NCBI GenBank assembly: GCA_000953435.1
Contig: LM655252.1
Span: forward strand, 210,001 to 242,000
Direction: 5' to 3'
Origin: Candidatus Johnevansia muelleri
Lineage (GTDB): Bacteria; Pseudomonadota; Gammaproteobacteria; Johnevansiales; Johnevansiaceae
DNA: 32,000 nt
Position 1 is the first letter of the stretch. Every line of letters starts with the position of its first letter. The position numbers and the translations under genes were made by a program. Below, piece by piece: positions 1-12,743 of this stretch. The notes beneath the pieces are model-generated. The model did not search any database. It had not been told where the DNA came from and saw only the letters and a list, made by a program, of their open reading frames with translations.

Positions 1-1005
1 TCCAATACCACGTATATCTTTAAATATATTAAATTCATAATTTATTTCATTTATGCATTGCAAAAAAAAATCATTAAGGTTTTGTATACAACTTATAATT
101 TCAATAGACGATATAATCTCAAAAGATGTATTTCCTAATGCACAAGCTAGAGGGTTACCTCCATAAGTAGATCCATGATTTCCAACAATAAATATATCTG
201 CAATATTATTAGTAGTAAGCATAGCTGCTAATGGAAATCCTCCACCAATTGCTTTCGCTGATGTTAATATATCTGGTATAATATTATAGTGCATATAACT
301 ATAAAGTTTACCAGTACGCCCCATCCCACACTGTACTTCATCAAAAATTAATAATGCGTTATAAGCATCACAGAGTTTACGAATACCATTTAAAAAATCA
401 TTATTTGCAGTAATTACTCCACCTTCCCCTTGTATAGGCTCTAATATTACTGCACAAGTATTATTATTAATTAATTGGTATATACTCTCTAAATTATTAA
501 ATTCAGCATGAATTATACCATTAGGCAATGGTCCAAAACCATTAGAATATTTTTTTTGCCCACCTATACTCATAGTCAAAAAAGTACGACCATGAAAAGA
601 TTTTATAAATGATATTATTTGATATTTTTTTTTATTAATATTATTTGCATAACGACGTGCTAATTTAATAGCAGCTTCATTTGCTTCAGCACCAGAAGAA
701 CAAAAAAAAACCTTATCAGCAAATGTATTATATATTATTTTATTAGCTAATTGTATAGCTGGTTCATTAGTATATACATTAGATATATGCCAAATTTTAT
801 TTGATTGGTTTTTTAAAATTGATATCAATGCAGGATTACAATGACCCAATGAATTTACAGCTATTCCACTAGAAAAATCAATATATTCTTTACCATGTTG
901 ATCCCATAGGATACTACCATATCCTTTAATTGGAATAGCATACTGTGGATAATAAGTGTGTAATATATATCTATCGAAGTCTTCACGTTGGGGAATAAAA
1001 TTCAT
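1..1005 (-). CDS. argD: Class-III PLP aminotransferase, acetylornithine aminotransferase-like (ArgD); C-terminal end runs off the window
   Basis: Not in the ORF track because it is open at the window edge. I checked all 335 minus-strand codons from ATG (1005..1003) to position 1 and found no stop. The N-terminus reads MNFIPQREDFDRYILHTYYPQYAIPIKGYGSILWDQHGKEYIDFSSGIAVNSLGHCNPA. Positions 360..301 give NALLIFDEVQCGMGRTGKLY. Positions 300..241 give SYMHYNIIPDILTSAKAIGG, which carries the PLP-lysine motif. Both are hallmark class-III aminotransferase/ArgD motifs. Confidence 0.8.
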   Translation of the reverse strand, partial: MNFIPQREDFDRYILHTYYPQYAIPIKGYGSILWDQHGKEYIDFSSGIAVNSLGHCNPALISILKNQSNKIWHISNVYTNEPAIQLANKIIYNTFADKVFFCSSGAEANEAAIKLARRYANNINKKKYQIISFIKSFHGRTFLTMSIGGQKKYSNGFGPLPNGIIHAEFNNLESIYQLINNNTCAVILEPIQGEGGVITANNDFLNGIRKLCDAYNALLIFDEVQCGMGRTGKLYSYMHYNIIPDILTSAKAIGGGFPLAAMLTTNNIADIFIVGNHGSTYGGNPLACALGNTSFEIISSIEIISCIQNLNDFFLQCINEINYEFNIFKDIRGIG

Positions 1006-1115
1006 TTTTAAAAAATATATTTATATATAAATATTACTTTTATACTATATTTAATATAGTTAAAAAAAATAAATATCAAATTTTAAATGTATTGTTTTAA
1101 TTAAGGATCATAATT

Positions 1116-2600
1116 ATGAAAATTTCTATTGTTGAATTTAATTATAATAAATATTATACTCCATGTCTAATTATATTCTTATTTAAAAGTTACAATGACA
1201 ATAAAAAAAATTTTAAAAAATTTGATGATAATCTTGTTAATATCATTATACGTTTAATTAAAAATGGTTATTTTACTGCTAATATAGGTGTTACTTTACT
1301 TATTCATGAAATTAAATTAAGTTATACAAAAATAATTTTATTAATAGGATTAGGAAAAAATATAAATATATATAATATTAGAAATATTATAAATACAATG
1401 TTTAAAGATATTATAAAATTAACAATAAATAGAATAGCAATTGTTATTAATGAACATACATTTACAAATTATGAAATTGAATTTCAAACACGTATAATTA
1501 GTGAACTGGCAATTATATATTCATATAACTATAATTTTAAAAATAAAAGTAAACAATTTAATGTTAGTTTACAACATATAGATTTATTATTTAATAATAG
1601 TTCTAAAATACAAATTATAGAAAATGCTATATTTATAGGAAAAGCTGTTGGTGAAGGAATTAATTATGCTAGAAAACTTAGTAATTTACCTAGTAACATT
1701 TGTACACCTCAATATATTTCTGATGAAGCATTAAAATTAAGTAAAAAAAATAATTTAAATATTACTATATATGATGAATTTGATATTAAAAATTTAGGTG
1801 CTAATGCTATTTATGCTGTAGGTAAAGGGAGTGAACAACCCCCACGTTTAATTATAATTGAATATATAGGATCAAAAAAAACTGACTCACCACATGTATT
1901 AGTTGGAAAAGGTGTTACTTTTGATACTGGGGGAATTTCAATTAAACCAAGTAATAATATGGAAAAAATGAAATTTGATATGTGTGGTGCTGCTAGTATT
2001 TTGGGAACTATGAAAACTATCATAACTACTAAAATTAAAATTAATTTAGTTGCTATTATTGTAGCAGCAGAAAATATGCCAGATGGAAAATCAATTAAAC
2101 CAGGAGATATTATAAAAACTTTAAATGGTATTACTGTAGAAATTATTAATACTGACGCAGAAGGACGATTATTATTATGTGATGCTTTAACTTATGCTGA
2201 ACGTTTTAAACCAGCTAGTGTTATTGATATAGCTACTTTAACTGGAGCATGTGTAGTTGCACTAGGTCACCATGCTATTGGTTTATTTTCAAATGATAAT
2301 AATCTAACAGTTAATTTAATTAAAGCTGCTAATAAAACCTGGGACAGAGTATGGCCTATGCCATTATGGAAAGATTATCAAAATAAAATAAATTCTTGTT
2401 TGGCAGATATAGCTAATATAAGTAGTGGCTCAGATAGCGGGGCAATTACAGCAGCTTGTTATCTTTTACGATTTGCTCAAAAATATCCTTGGGCGCATCT
2501 GGATATTGCCGGGGTTGCTTTGAATGAAAATAATGAAGCTACTGGAAGACCAGTAGGTCTTATTACTCAATATTTATTCGATCGTGAAAAATATAAATAA
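1116..2600 (+). CDS. pepA: Leucyl aminopeptidase, M17 family (PepA)
   Basis: 494-aa ORF with the M17 signatures VGKGVTFDTGGISIKP, MKFDMCGAA and NTDAEGRLLLCDAL. AAGGA Shine-Dalgarno about 8 nt upstream. Adjacent to valS, as in gamma/beta-proteobacterial pepA-(holC)-valS synteny. Confidence 0.92.
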   Translation: MKISIVEFNYNKYYTPCLIIFLFKSYNDNKKNFKKFDDNLVNIIIRLIKNGYFTANIGVTLLIHEIKLSYTKIILLIGLGKNINIYNIRNIINTMFKDIIKLTINRIAIVINEHTFTNYEIEFQTRIISELAIIYSYNYNFKNKSKQFNVSLQHIDLLFNNSSKIQIIENAIFIGKAVGEGINYARKLSNLPSNICTPQYISDEALKLSKKNNLNITIYDEFDIKNLGANAIYAVGKGSEQPPRLIIIEYIGSKKTDSPHVLVGKGVTFDTGGISIKPSNNMEKMKFDMCGAASILGTMKTIITTKIKINLVAIIVAAENMPDGKSIKPGDIIKTLNGITVEIINTDAEGRLLLCDALTYAERFKPASVIDIATLTGACVVALGHHAIGLFSNDNNLTVNLIKAANKTWDRVWPMPLWKDYQNKINSCLADIANISSGSDSGAITAACYLLRFAQKYPWAHLDIAGVALNENNEATGRPVGLITQYLFDREKYK

Positions 2601-2618
2601 TTATTTAATTGAATTGAT

Positions 2619-6505
<3,887 letters not shown>

Positions 6506-8233
6506 TTATATAGTTTTTTCAATATTAATTATAAGATCATTTATAGATCCTAAAGGAATTTGCATAGGATAAACATGTTTATTATGGTCAATATAAATAT
6601 CTATAAAAATTAATTCATTTTTAAAAAAAGCTTTTTTTAATGTATAATCTAATTCTGATAATGTTTTTATTGACATTGTTTTAAAACCATAAGCATTAAA
6701 TAAATGTTTAAAGTTGGGTAATGATTCTATATTTGAATTAGAATATCTAGAATCATAATTTAAATTTTGTAATTGTCGTACCATACCTAAAGTTCCATTA
6801 TTTAAATTTATTATTTTTATAGGTATATTAAATTGTTTACATGTAGATAATTCTTGCATCATCATTTGAAAACTACCTTCTCCTGTAAATAATATAACAT
6901 GTTTTTTAGGGAAACATAGTTTAATCCCCATGGCTGCAGGTAACCCAAACCCCATTGTACCTAATCCTCCAGAAGTAATAAAAAATCTTGGTTTATTAAA
7001 TTTATAATATTGCGCAACAAACATTTGATGTTGTCCTACATCAGTTACTACAAATGCATCACCATTAGTTATTTTGTGTACTGATTCTATAACTTTTTTA
7101 GGATTTAATAAATCATTTTTATCATATAATTCATAAACTTTTATTTTTTTTCGCCATTCTTGAATACATTTCCACCAATATTCTAGAAAAATTTTTCTAT
7201 TTTTTATATATTTATAATTATTAAGTATAATTATAATATCATTTAATACATCTTTAGCATAACCTATTATTTTAATATCAGCATAAACAGTTTTAGATAT
7301 TGAACTAGGATCTATATCAATATGAATAATTTTTGCAAGTGGACAAAATTTTATCACATTATTAGTGACACGATCATCAAAACGTGCACCAATACAAATA
7401 ATTAAATCTGCATAATGCATAGCGTTATTAGCTTCAAAAGAACCATGCATGCCTACCCAACCTATATATTGAGAATTATCTTGAGGATAAGAACCTATGC
7501 CCATTAATGAAGTAATTACAGGTAAATTAAGGTATTGAACTAAAGTAAAAAGTTCTTTACTTGCATTATCAATTATTACTCCTCCCCCAGCAAATAATAC
7601 AGGTTTTTTTGAATTTAAAATAATCTTAATAGCTTTCTTAATTTGAGTATCATTATAAAAATTTAAATTGTTATTATTATAATAACTAATTTCAATTTTT
7701 TGTGGATAAATATATTCATATAATTCTGTAGGTAAAGTCATATCTTTAGGAATATCAATTAAAACAGGTCCAGGTCTTCCTGTTTTAGAAATATAAAATG
7801 CTTTTTTTAGTATTATTGGAATATCTAATGGATGATTAATAGTAAAACTATGTTTTACGATTGTACGCGTAATCCCTATTATGTCAATTTCTTGAAAAGC
7901 ATCTTCTCCAATCATATTACTAGCTACTTGTCCACAAATAACAATCATAGGTATAGAATCCATATAAGCAGTTGCTATTCCGGTAACTGCATTAGTAGCA
8001 CCTGGGCCAGACGTTACTAACACTACACCTGGATTACCAGTAGCCCTGGCATAACCATCTGCCATATGTGTAGCTGCTTGTTCATGACGTACTAAAATAT
8101 GTTTAATAAAATTTTGTCTAAATAATGCATCATATATATGTAATGCAGCTCCTCCAGGATATCCATAAACATATTTAATTCCTTCATCTTTAAGGAACCT
8201 AATAATTATATCTGCGCCTGATAACAGTTCCAC
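6506..8233 (-). CDS. ilvI: Acetolactate (acetohydroxyacid) synthase, large catalytic subunit
   Basis: 575-aa ORF with N-terminal GYPGGAALHIYDAL and the ThDP-binding region GGLGTMGFGLPAAMG...GEGSFQM. Adjacent to ilvC. Confidence 0.9.
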   Translation of the reverse strand: MELLSGADIIIRFLKDEGIKYVYGYPGGAALHIYDALFRQNFIKHILVRHEQAATHMADGYARATGNPGVVLVTSGPGATNAVTGIATAYMDSIPMIVICGQVASNMIGEDAFQEIDIIGITRTIVKHSFTINHPLDIPIILKKAFYISKTGRPGPVLIDIPKDMTLPTELYEYIYPQKIEISYYNNNNLNFYNDTQIKKAIKIILNSKKPVLFAGGGVIIDNASKELFTLVQYLNLPVITSLMGIGSYPQDNSQYIGWVGMHGSFEANNAMHYADLIICIGARFDDRVTNNVIKFCPLAKIIHIDIDPSSISKTVYADIKIIGYAKDVLNDIIIILNNYKYIKNRKIFLEYWWKCIQEWRKKIKVYELYDKNDLLNPKKVIESVHKITNGDAFVVTDVGQHQMFVAQYYKFNKPRFFITSGGLGTMGFGLPAAMGIKLCFPKKHVILFTGEGSFQMMMQELSTCKQFNIPIKIINLNNGTLGMVRQLQNLNYDSRYSNSNIESLPNFKHLFNAYGFKTMSIKTLSELDYTLKKAFFKNELIFIDIYIDHNKHVYPMQIPLGSINDLIINIEKTI

Positions 8234-8250
8234 AATTACATTACCTTAAT

Positions 8251-9147
8251 TTATTTTAATAATTTATACATATCCTGAGGCATAGGAGCATATATACTTA
8301 TATTTTTATAATATATAGGATGTATAAACCTTAATCTACATGCATGTAATGCTTGTCTTTTAAAATTTTTATGTAATTTTATATTATATATAGGATCACC
8401 TAATAATGGTAACTTACAATAATTCATATGTACTCTTATTTGATGTGTTCTTCCTGTTTCTAAATAACATTTAATATATGTATATCCATTAAAATTTTCA
8501 ATTACCCTATAATGTGTAATTGCAATTTTTCCATTATATATTACTGATTGTTTTTTACGATATTTAGGATTACGATCAATGGGGGCATTAATATAACCAT
8601 TTCCAGTAATATTACCTATTATGATAGCATCATATTCTCTAATAATATATTTTTTTTTAAACTGATTAACTAAAGAGATATATGCATTTAATGTTTTAGC
8701 TATTAATATTAATCCAGTAGTATTTTTATCAAGTCTATGTACAATACCTGCACGTGGTAATTTAGTAAAATTTGAATTATAATACAAAAGTGCATTAAAT
8801 AATGTACCTGTTATATTACCACAGGCAGGATGTACTATTAAACCATATGATTTATTTATTACAATAACACTTTTATCTTCATATACAATGTTAAATTCAA
8901 TTAATTCAGGCTTGTATTCAAATTCATATATTGTTTTTAAATAAACAGATAATATAATTAATTGTCCATAATTAATATTATAACTAGGCTTTACTATAAT
9001 ACCATTTATTGTTAAATTACCTTCTTTTATCCAACGTTTTATATTTTCACGTGAAAATTTATTAAATAACAAATTAGCTGCATTATCTAATCGCATACCT
9101 TTCATAAAATGAGGAATATATTTTTTATATTTAATATTGTTTAACAT
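8251..9147 (-). CDS. rluD: 23S rRNA pseudouridine synthase, RluA family with N-terminal S4 domain (RluD-like)
   Basis: 298-aa ORF. S4-like N-terminus (RLDNAANLLFNKFSRENIKRWIKEGNLTINGIIVKP), catalytic-Asp motif VHRLDKNTTGLILIAK, and GRTHQIRVH. Confidence 0.75.
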   Translation of the reverse strand: MLNNIKYKKYIPHFMKGMRLDNAANLLFNKFSRENIKRWIKEGNLTINGIIVKPSYNINYGQLIILSVYLKTIYEFEYKPELIEFNIVYEDKSVIVINKSYGLIVHPACGNITGTLFNALLYYNSNFTKLPRAGIVHRLDKNTTGLILIAKTLNAYISLVNQFKKKYIIREYDAIIIGNITGNGYINAPIDRNPKYRKKQSVIYNGKIAITHYRVIENFNGYTYIKCYLETGRTHQIRVHMNYCKLPLLGDPIYNIKLHKNFKRQALHACRLRFIHPIYYKNISIYAPMPQDMYKLLK

Positions 9148-9163
9148 ATTGTTTTTTTAATTA

Positions 9164-9607
9164 TTAATTATTATAAATAATATCATATATTATTATATAT
9201 AAACCAATAAGTATTCCAATATCAGATAAATTAAATACAATATAGCAAAATTTATTTAATTTGAAAGAAATAAAATCAGTAACATATCCATGTAATATTC
9301 TTTCTGATAGATTTCCTAATATACTTCCTATAATAATAGATATAGCTATTCCTAATAAATTTTTATTATTAATATTTAATAAAAGTTTATATAAATTATA
9401 AATTATAATTATACTTATAAATATAATTATATAATTTAAATTTTTAAATAAATTAAAAGCAGTACTATAATTATATATTAAAATTAAAGTTAAAAATTTA
9501 AATTTAATAGGAAAATTAAAACTTAATAATATTTTGGCTATTATTTTACTTAAATAATCTAAAAAAAACAATATTAATATAATTTTTATCCATAAACTTT
9601 TTATCAT
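9164..9607 (-). CDS. lspA: Lipoprotein signal peptidase (signal peptidase II), with a non-canonical residue at one catalytic position
   Basis: 147-aa, very hydrophobic ORF. The start overlaps the ileS stop (ATGA), which is the conserved ileS-lspA arrangement. Motifs: LDYLSK, GSILGNLSER (canonical GNxxDR) and VFNLSDIG (canonical FNxAD). Confidence 0.8.
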   Translation of the reverse strand: MIKSLWIKIILILFFLDYLSKIIAKILLSFNFPIKFKFLTLILIYNYSTAFNLFKNLNYIIIFISIIIIYNLYKLLLNINNKNLLGIAISIIIGSILGNLSERILHGYVTDFISFKLNKFCYIVFNLSDIGILIGLYIIIYDIIYNN

Positions 9608-12438
9608 ACATAATACCTATCTTCACCCGGACCTTCGGGTAGATTTAAAATAGACCTAGCACATAATGTGGGATGTTTATAATTAGTTCCTACATCTGAT
9701 CTACGTTCCCAACTACGTTCACATTTACAATAAGAACTTAATTTAATATTAAGTTTTAAACCATGTATTTCAGTTTTTATAGCTGACATACCTAAGTCAA
9801 TTGGAAATATTTTAGCTTCTGAAGTAATAAATACAAATCGTAATTCATTTTTTAATTTAGATAAAATTTTATAATAATATTTATCTACATAAAGAATAAC
9901 CTCAGTATCTATTGATGCTTTAATTAAACCAGAAAGTCTGTAATCTTCTATACATTTATTAACAGCTTGCTTAACAAGAATTATATTATTCCAAAAATCC
10001 CTATTCATATAATCATTATCTGATAACATAAATAAATCATCGTACCATGTTTCTAAAAAAACACTCTCTAAACGTTTACCAGGAATTTTTTCGTAAATTT
10101 CATCAGCTGTAAAAGATAAAATTGGTGTAATCCAAATATTTAGTGATTTTAAAATATGATATAATGCTGTTTGACAACTACGTCTAGCTATAGAATTTTT
10201 CTTTGTTGTATATTGTCTATCTTTTATAATATCAAAATAAAAAGCACCCATATATTTATTACAAAAAATATAAATATATTTATAAATATCTTTGAAGTTA
10301 TATTTTTCAAATGCATTTTTAATTTGTAATTGTGATAATGCTGTACAATCAATTGCCCATTTATCTAATGAAATCATTTTTTCAAAAGAAATAATATTAT
10401 ATTGTGGATCAAAATCATATATATTTGCTAACAAAAACCGTGCTGTATTACGTATTTTTCTATAAGCTTCTACTGTATTTTTTAAAATTTCATTTGAAAT
10501 TGTTATTTCTCCAGAATAATCTGTTGATGCAACCCATAAACGTAAAACATCTGCACCTAATTTTTCTATTACTTCCATTGGTCTAATAATGTTATTTTCT
10601 GATTTTGACATTTTTTTCCCGTTAGCATCAACAATAAATCCATGTGTTATTACATAATTATATGGTATAGCATTATATATTGCTATACTTGTTAATAAAG
10701 ATGACTGAAACCATCCTCTATATTGATCTAATCCTTCTATATACAAATCAGAATAATTATTTTTCATTGGATGAGATCCTGAGAACACATGATAATGTGT
10801 TGTTCCAGAATCAAACCAGACATCAAGTATATCTTCAAATTTATTATAATCTTTTAAGTCATATCCTAGTAAATCATTCTTATCAATATTAAACCAAGCT
10901 TCAATTCCACATTTTTCTATATTTTTTGCTACTAATTCTAGTATTTCTATTGTATTAGGATGTAATTTACCTGTTTTGTTATGTATAAAAAATGGAATTG
11001 GTACTCCCCAATTACGTTGTCTAGAAATACACCAATCAGGACGAGTTTTAATCATATTATATAATAGTGATTTCCCCCAATGTGGTAAAAATATTATTGA
11101 GTTAATTTTTTTTAATGCAATATTACGTAATGATTTTCCTTCAGAATTTTTTTTATCAATATTAATAAACCATTGAGGTGTAACACGATAAATTAATGGT
11201 GATTTATGTCGCCAACAATACATATAATTATGTATAATTTTTTTATGGTATAATAAATATCCTAATTTATTAAGTTTTTCTATAATTTTAAAATTAGCTT
11301 TCCATATTAACATACCTCCTACAATAGGAAATGATTTTATAAAATATCCATTACTTTGAATAGGATTAATAATTTTATTATTAATTAAATTATAATTATA
11401 AAAATCATCTGTACCATAAGCAGGGGCTGAATGAACTATTCCTGTTCCAGATGTACATTGTACATAATTAGCTAAACATATAATAGAAAATTTATTTATA
11501 AAAGGATGAATATATTTAATATCATATAAGGTATTACCTTTATTTGTTGCAATAATATTACCTTTAAGACCATAACGTGTTAAACATGTTTTTACAAGTA
11601 TTTCAGCTAATAATAATAGATAATTTCCTACATCTACTAATGCATATAAAACTTCTGGATTTACATTTAAAACTTGATTAACTGGAATAGTCCAGGGTGT
11701 TGTTGTCCAAATTACGGCTAACGTTGATTTATAAATTTTAATACCAAATACTTTTTCTAATTTATTTTTTTCAATTATAGGAAATGCAACATCAATAGCA
11801 TCTGATTCTTTATCATTATACTCTACTTCTGCTTCTGCAATTGCAGATTTACAATCAAAACACCAATTAACTGGTTTCAATCCATTAAAAATATATCCTT
11901 TTTTAAAAAGTTCTGATAAGGCCCTGATTTCACATGCTTCATTAATAAAATTCATTGTTAAATATGGATTAGTCCAATTACCTAAAACCCCTAATCGCAT
12001 AAAATCCAATTTTTGATTAATTACTTGATTTTTTGCATAAATACGACAGTATTCTCTTTTTTTTTTTGATGATAAAGTTTTACCATAAATAGTATCAATT
12101 TTATGTTCTATTGGTAATCCATGACAATCCCAACCAGGAATATAAGGAGTATCTAAACCTGATAATGTTTTATATTTTATAATAAAATCTTTTAAAATTT
12201 TATTAAATGCATGACCCATATGAATATTTCCATTTGCATAAGGTGGGCCATCATGTAATATAAATTTTTTACATTTTTTACGTGCTTTACGTAATTTTTC
12301 ATATAATTTAATATCACGCCAATTTATTATACGCTTAGGTTCTTGTATTGGTAATTTACCTCGCATTGGAAAATTAGTAATAGGTAAATTTAAAGTATTT
12401 TTATATTTATTAATATTATTAATCATAAATTTTAACAA
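9604..12438 (-). CDS. ileS: Isoleucyl-tRNA synthetase
   Basis: 944-aa ORF. HIGH region PPYANGNIHMGHAF, KMSKS loop KKMSKSENN, WCISRQRNWGVPIP, and N-terminal KNTLNLPITNFPMRG. The true start could be the second Met (12426). The C-terminal zinc-knuckle region is present but altered (see findings). Confidence 0.95.
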   Translation of the reverse strand: MLKFMINNINKYKNTLNLPITNFPMRGKLPIQEPKRIINWRDIKLYEKLRKARKKCKKFILHDGPPYANGNIHMGHAFNKILKDFIIKYKTLSGLDTPYIPGWDCHGLPIEHKIDTIYGKTLSSKKKREYCRIYAKNQVINQKLDFMRLGVLGNWTNPYLTMNFINEACEIRALSELFKKGYIFNGLKPVNWCFDCKSAIAEAEVEYNDKESDAIDVAFPIIEKNKLEKVFGIKIYKSTLAVIWTTTPWTIPVNQVLNVNPEVLYALVDVGNYLLLLAEILVKTCLTRYGLKGNIIATNKGNTLYDIKYIHPFINKFSIICLANYVQCTSGTGIVHSAPAYGTDDFYNYNLINNKIINPIQSNGYFIKSFPIVGGMLIWKANFKIIEKLNKLGYLLYHKKIIHNYMYCWRHKSPLIYRVTPQWFINIDKKNSEGKSLRNIALKKINSIIFLPHWGKSLLYNMIKTRPDWCISRQRNWGVPIPFFIHNKTGKLHPNTIEILELVAKNIEKCGIEAWFNIDKNDLLGYDLKDYNKFEDILDVWFDSGTTHYHVFSGSHPMKNNYSDLYIEGLDQYRGWFQSSLLTSIAIYNAIPYNYVITHGFIVDANGKKMSKSENNIIRPMEVIEKLGADVLRLWVASTDYSGEITISNEILKNTVEAYRKIRNTARFLLANIYDFDPQYNIISFEKMISLDKWAIDCTALSQLQIKNAFEKYNFKDIYKYIYIFCNKYMGAFYFDIIKDRQYTTKKNSIARRSCQTALYHILKSLNIWITPILSFTADEIYEKIPGKRLESVFLETWYDDLFMLSDNDYMNRDFWNNIILVKQAVNKCIEDYRLSGLIKASIDTEVILYVDKYYYKILSKLKNELRFVFITSEAKIFPIDLGMSAIKTEIHGLKLNIKLSSYCKCERSWERRSDVGTNYKHPTLCARSILNLPEGPGEDRYYV

Positions 12439-12445
12439 AATAAAA

Positions 12446-12715
12446 TTAATTAATAATTAATTTTTTAATTTTATATTGAATTCTTTTTTTAATACGTGCT
12501 ATTTTTTTTTTAGATATAATATCTTTATCAGCTATTCTATCCAAAATTGACTGTGATTTTTTAAATTCTAACATTGATATATTATAATTTTTTTGTTCAA
12601 TAGCTTTAAGTATACGTTTAATGAAAGTACGTAACATAGACCGTTGACTAGTATTATGTAGTCTTTTTTTTATTTTATTTTTTTCTCTATTACGAGATTT
12701 TTTAATATTTTTCAC
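12446..12715 (-). CDS. rpsT: 30S ribosomal protein S20
   Basis: 89-aa basic ORF. KSRNREKNKIKKRLHNTSQRSMLRTFIKR matches the S20 N-terminal signature (...SRRSMMRTFIKK...). Confidence 0.88.
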   Translation of the reverse strand: MKNIKKSRNREKNKIKKRLHNTSQRSMLRTFIKRILKAIEQKNYNISMLEFKKSQSILDRIADKDIISKKKIARIKKRIQYKIKKLIIN

Positions 12716-12743
12716 TAATTATTACTCCTTTTTTATAAAAAAA

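Noticed and set aside
1044-1060. 17-bp palindrome ACTATATT-T-AATATAGT in the divergent argD/pepA intergenic region as a candidate operator (ArgR or PepA site)
   Set aside because: It does not match the ARG-box consensus (TGAAT....ATTCA). My rough estimate is that an 8-bp-arm palindrome has around a 10% chance of occurring somewhere in a 110-bp spacer at this AT content. No regulator is evident.
1006-1115. Explicit -35/-10 promoter calls in the intergenic regions (also 15416-15458, 21849-21933, 27106-27209)
   Set aside because: TATAAT-like and TTGACA-like hexamers occur almost everywhere at this AT content. Any call would be uninformative without transcript 5'-end data.
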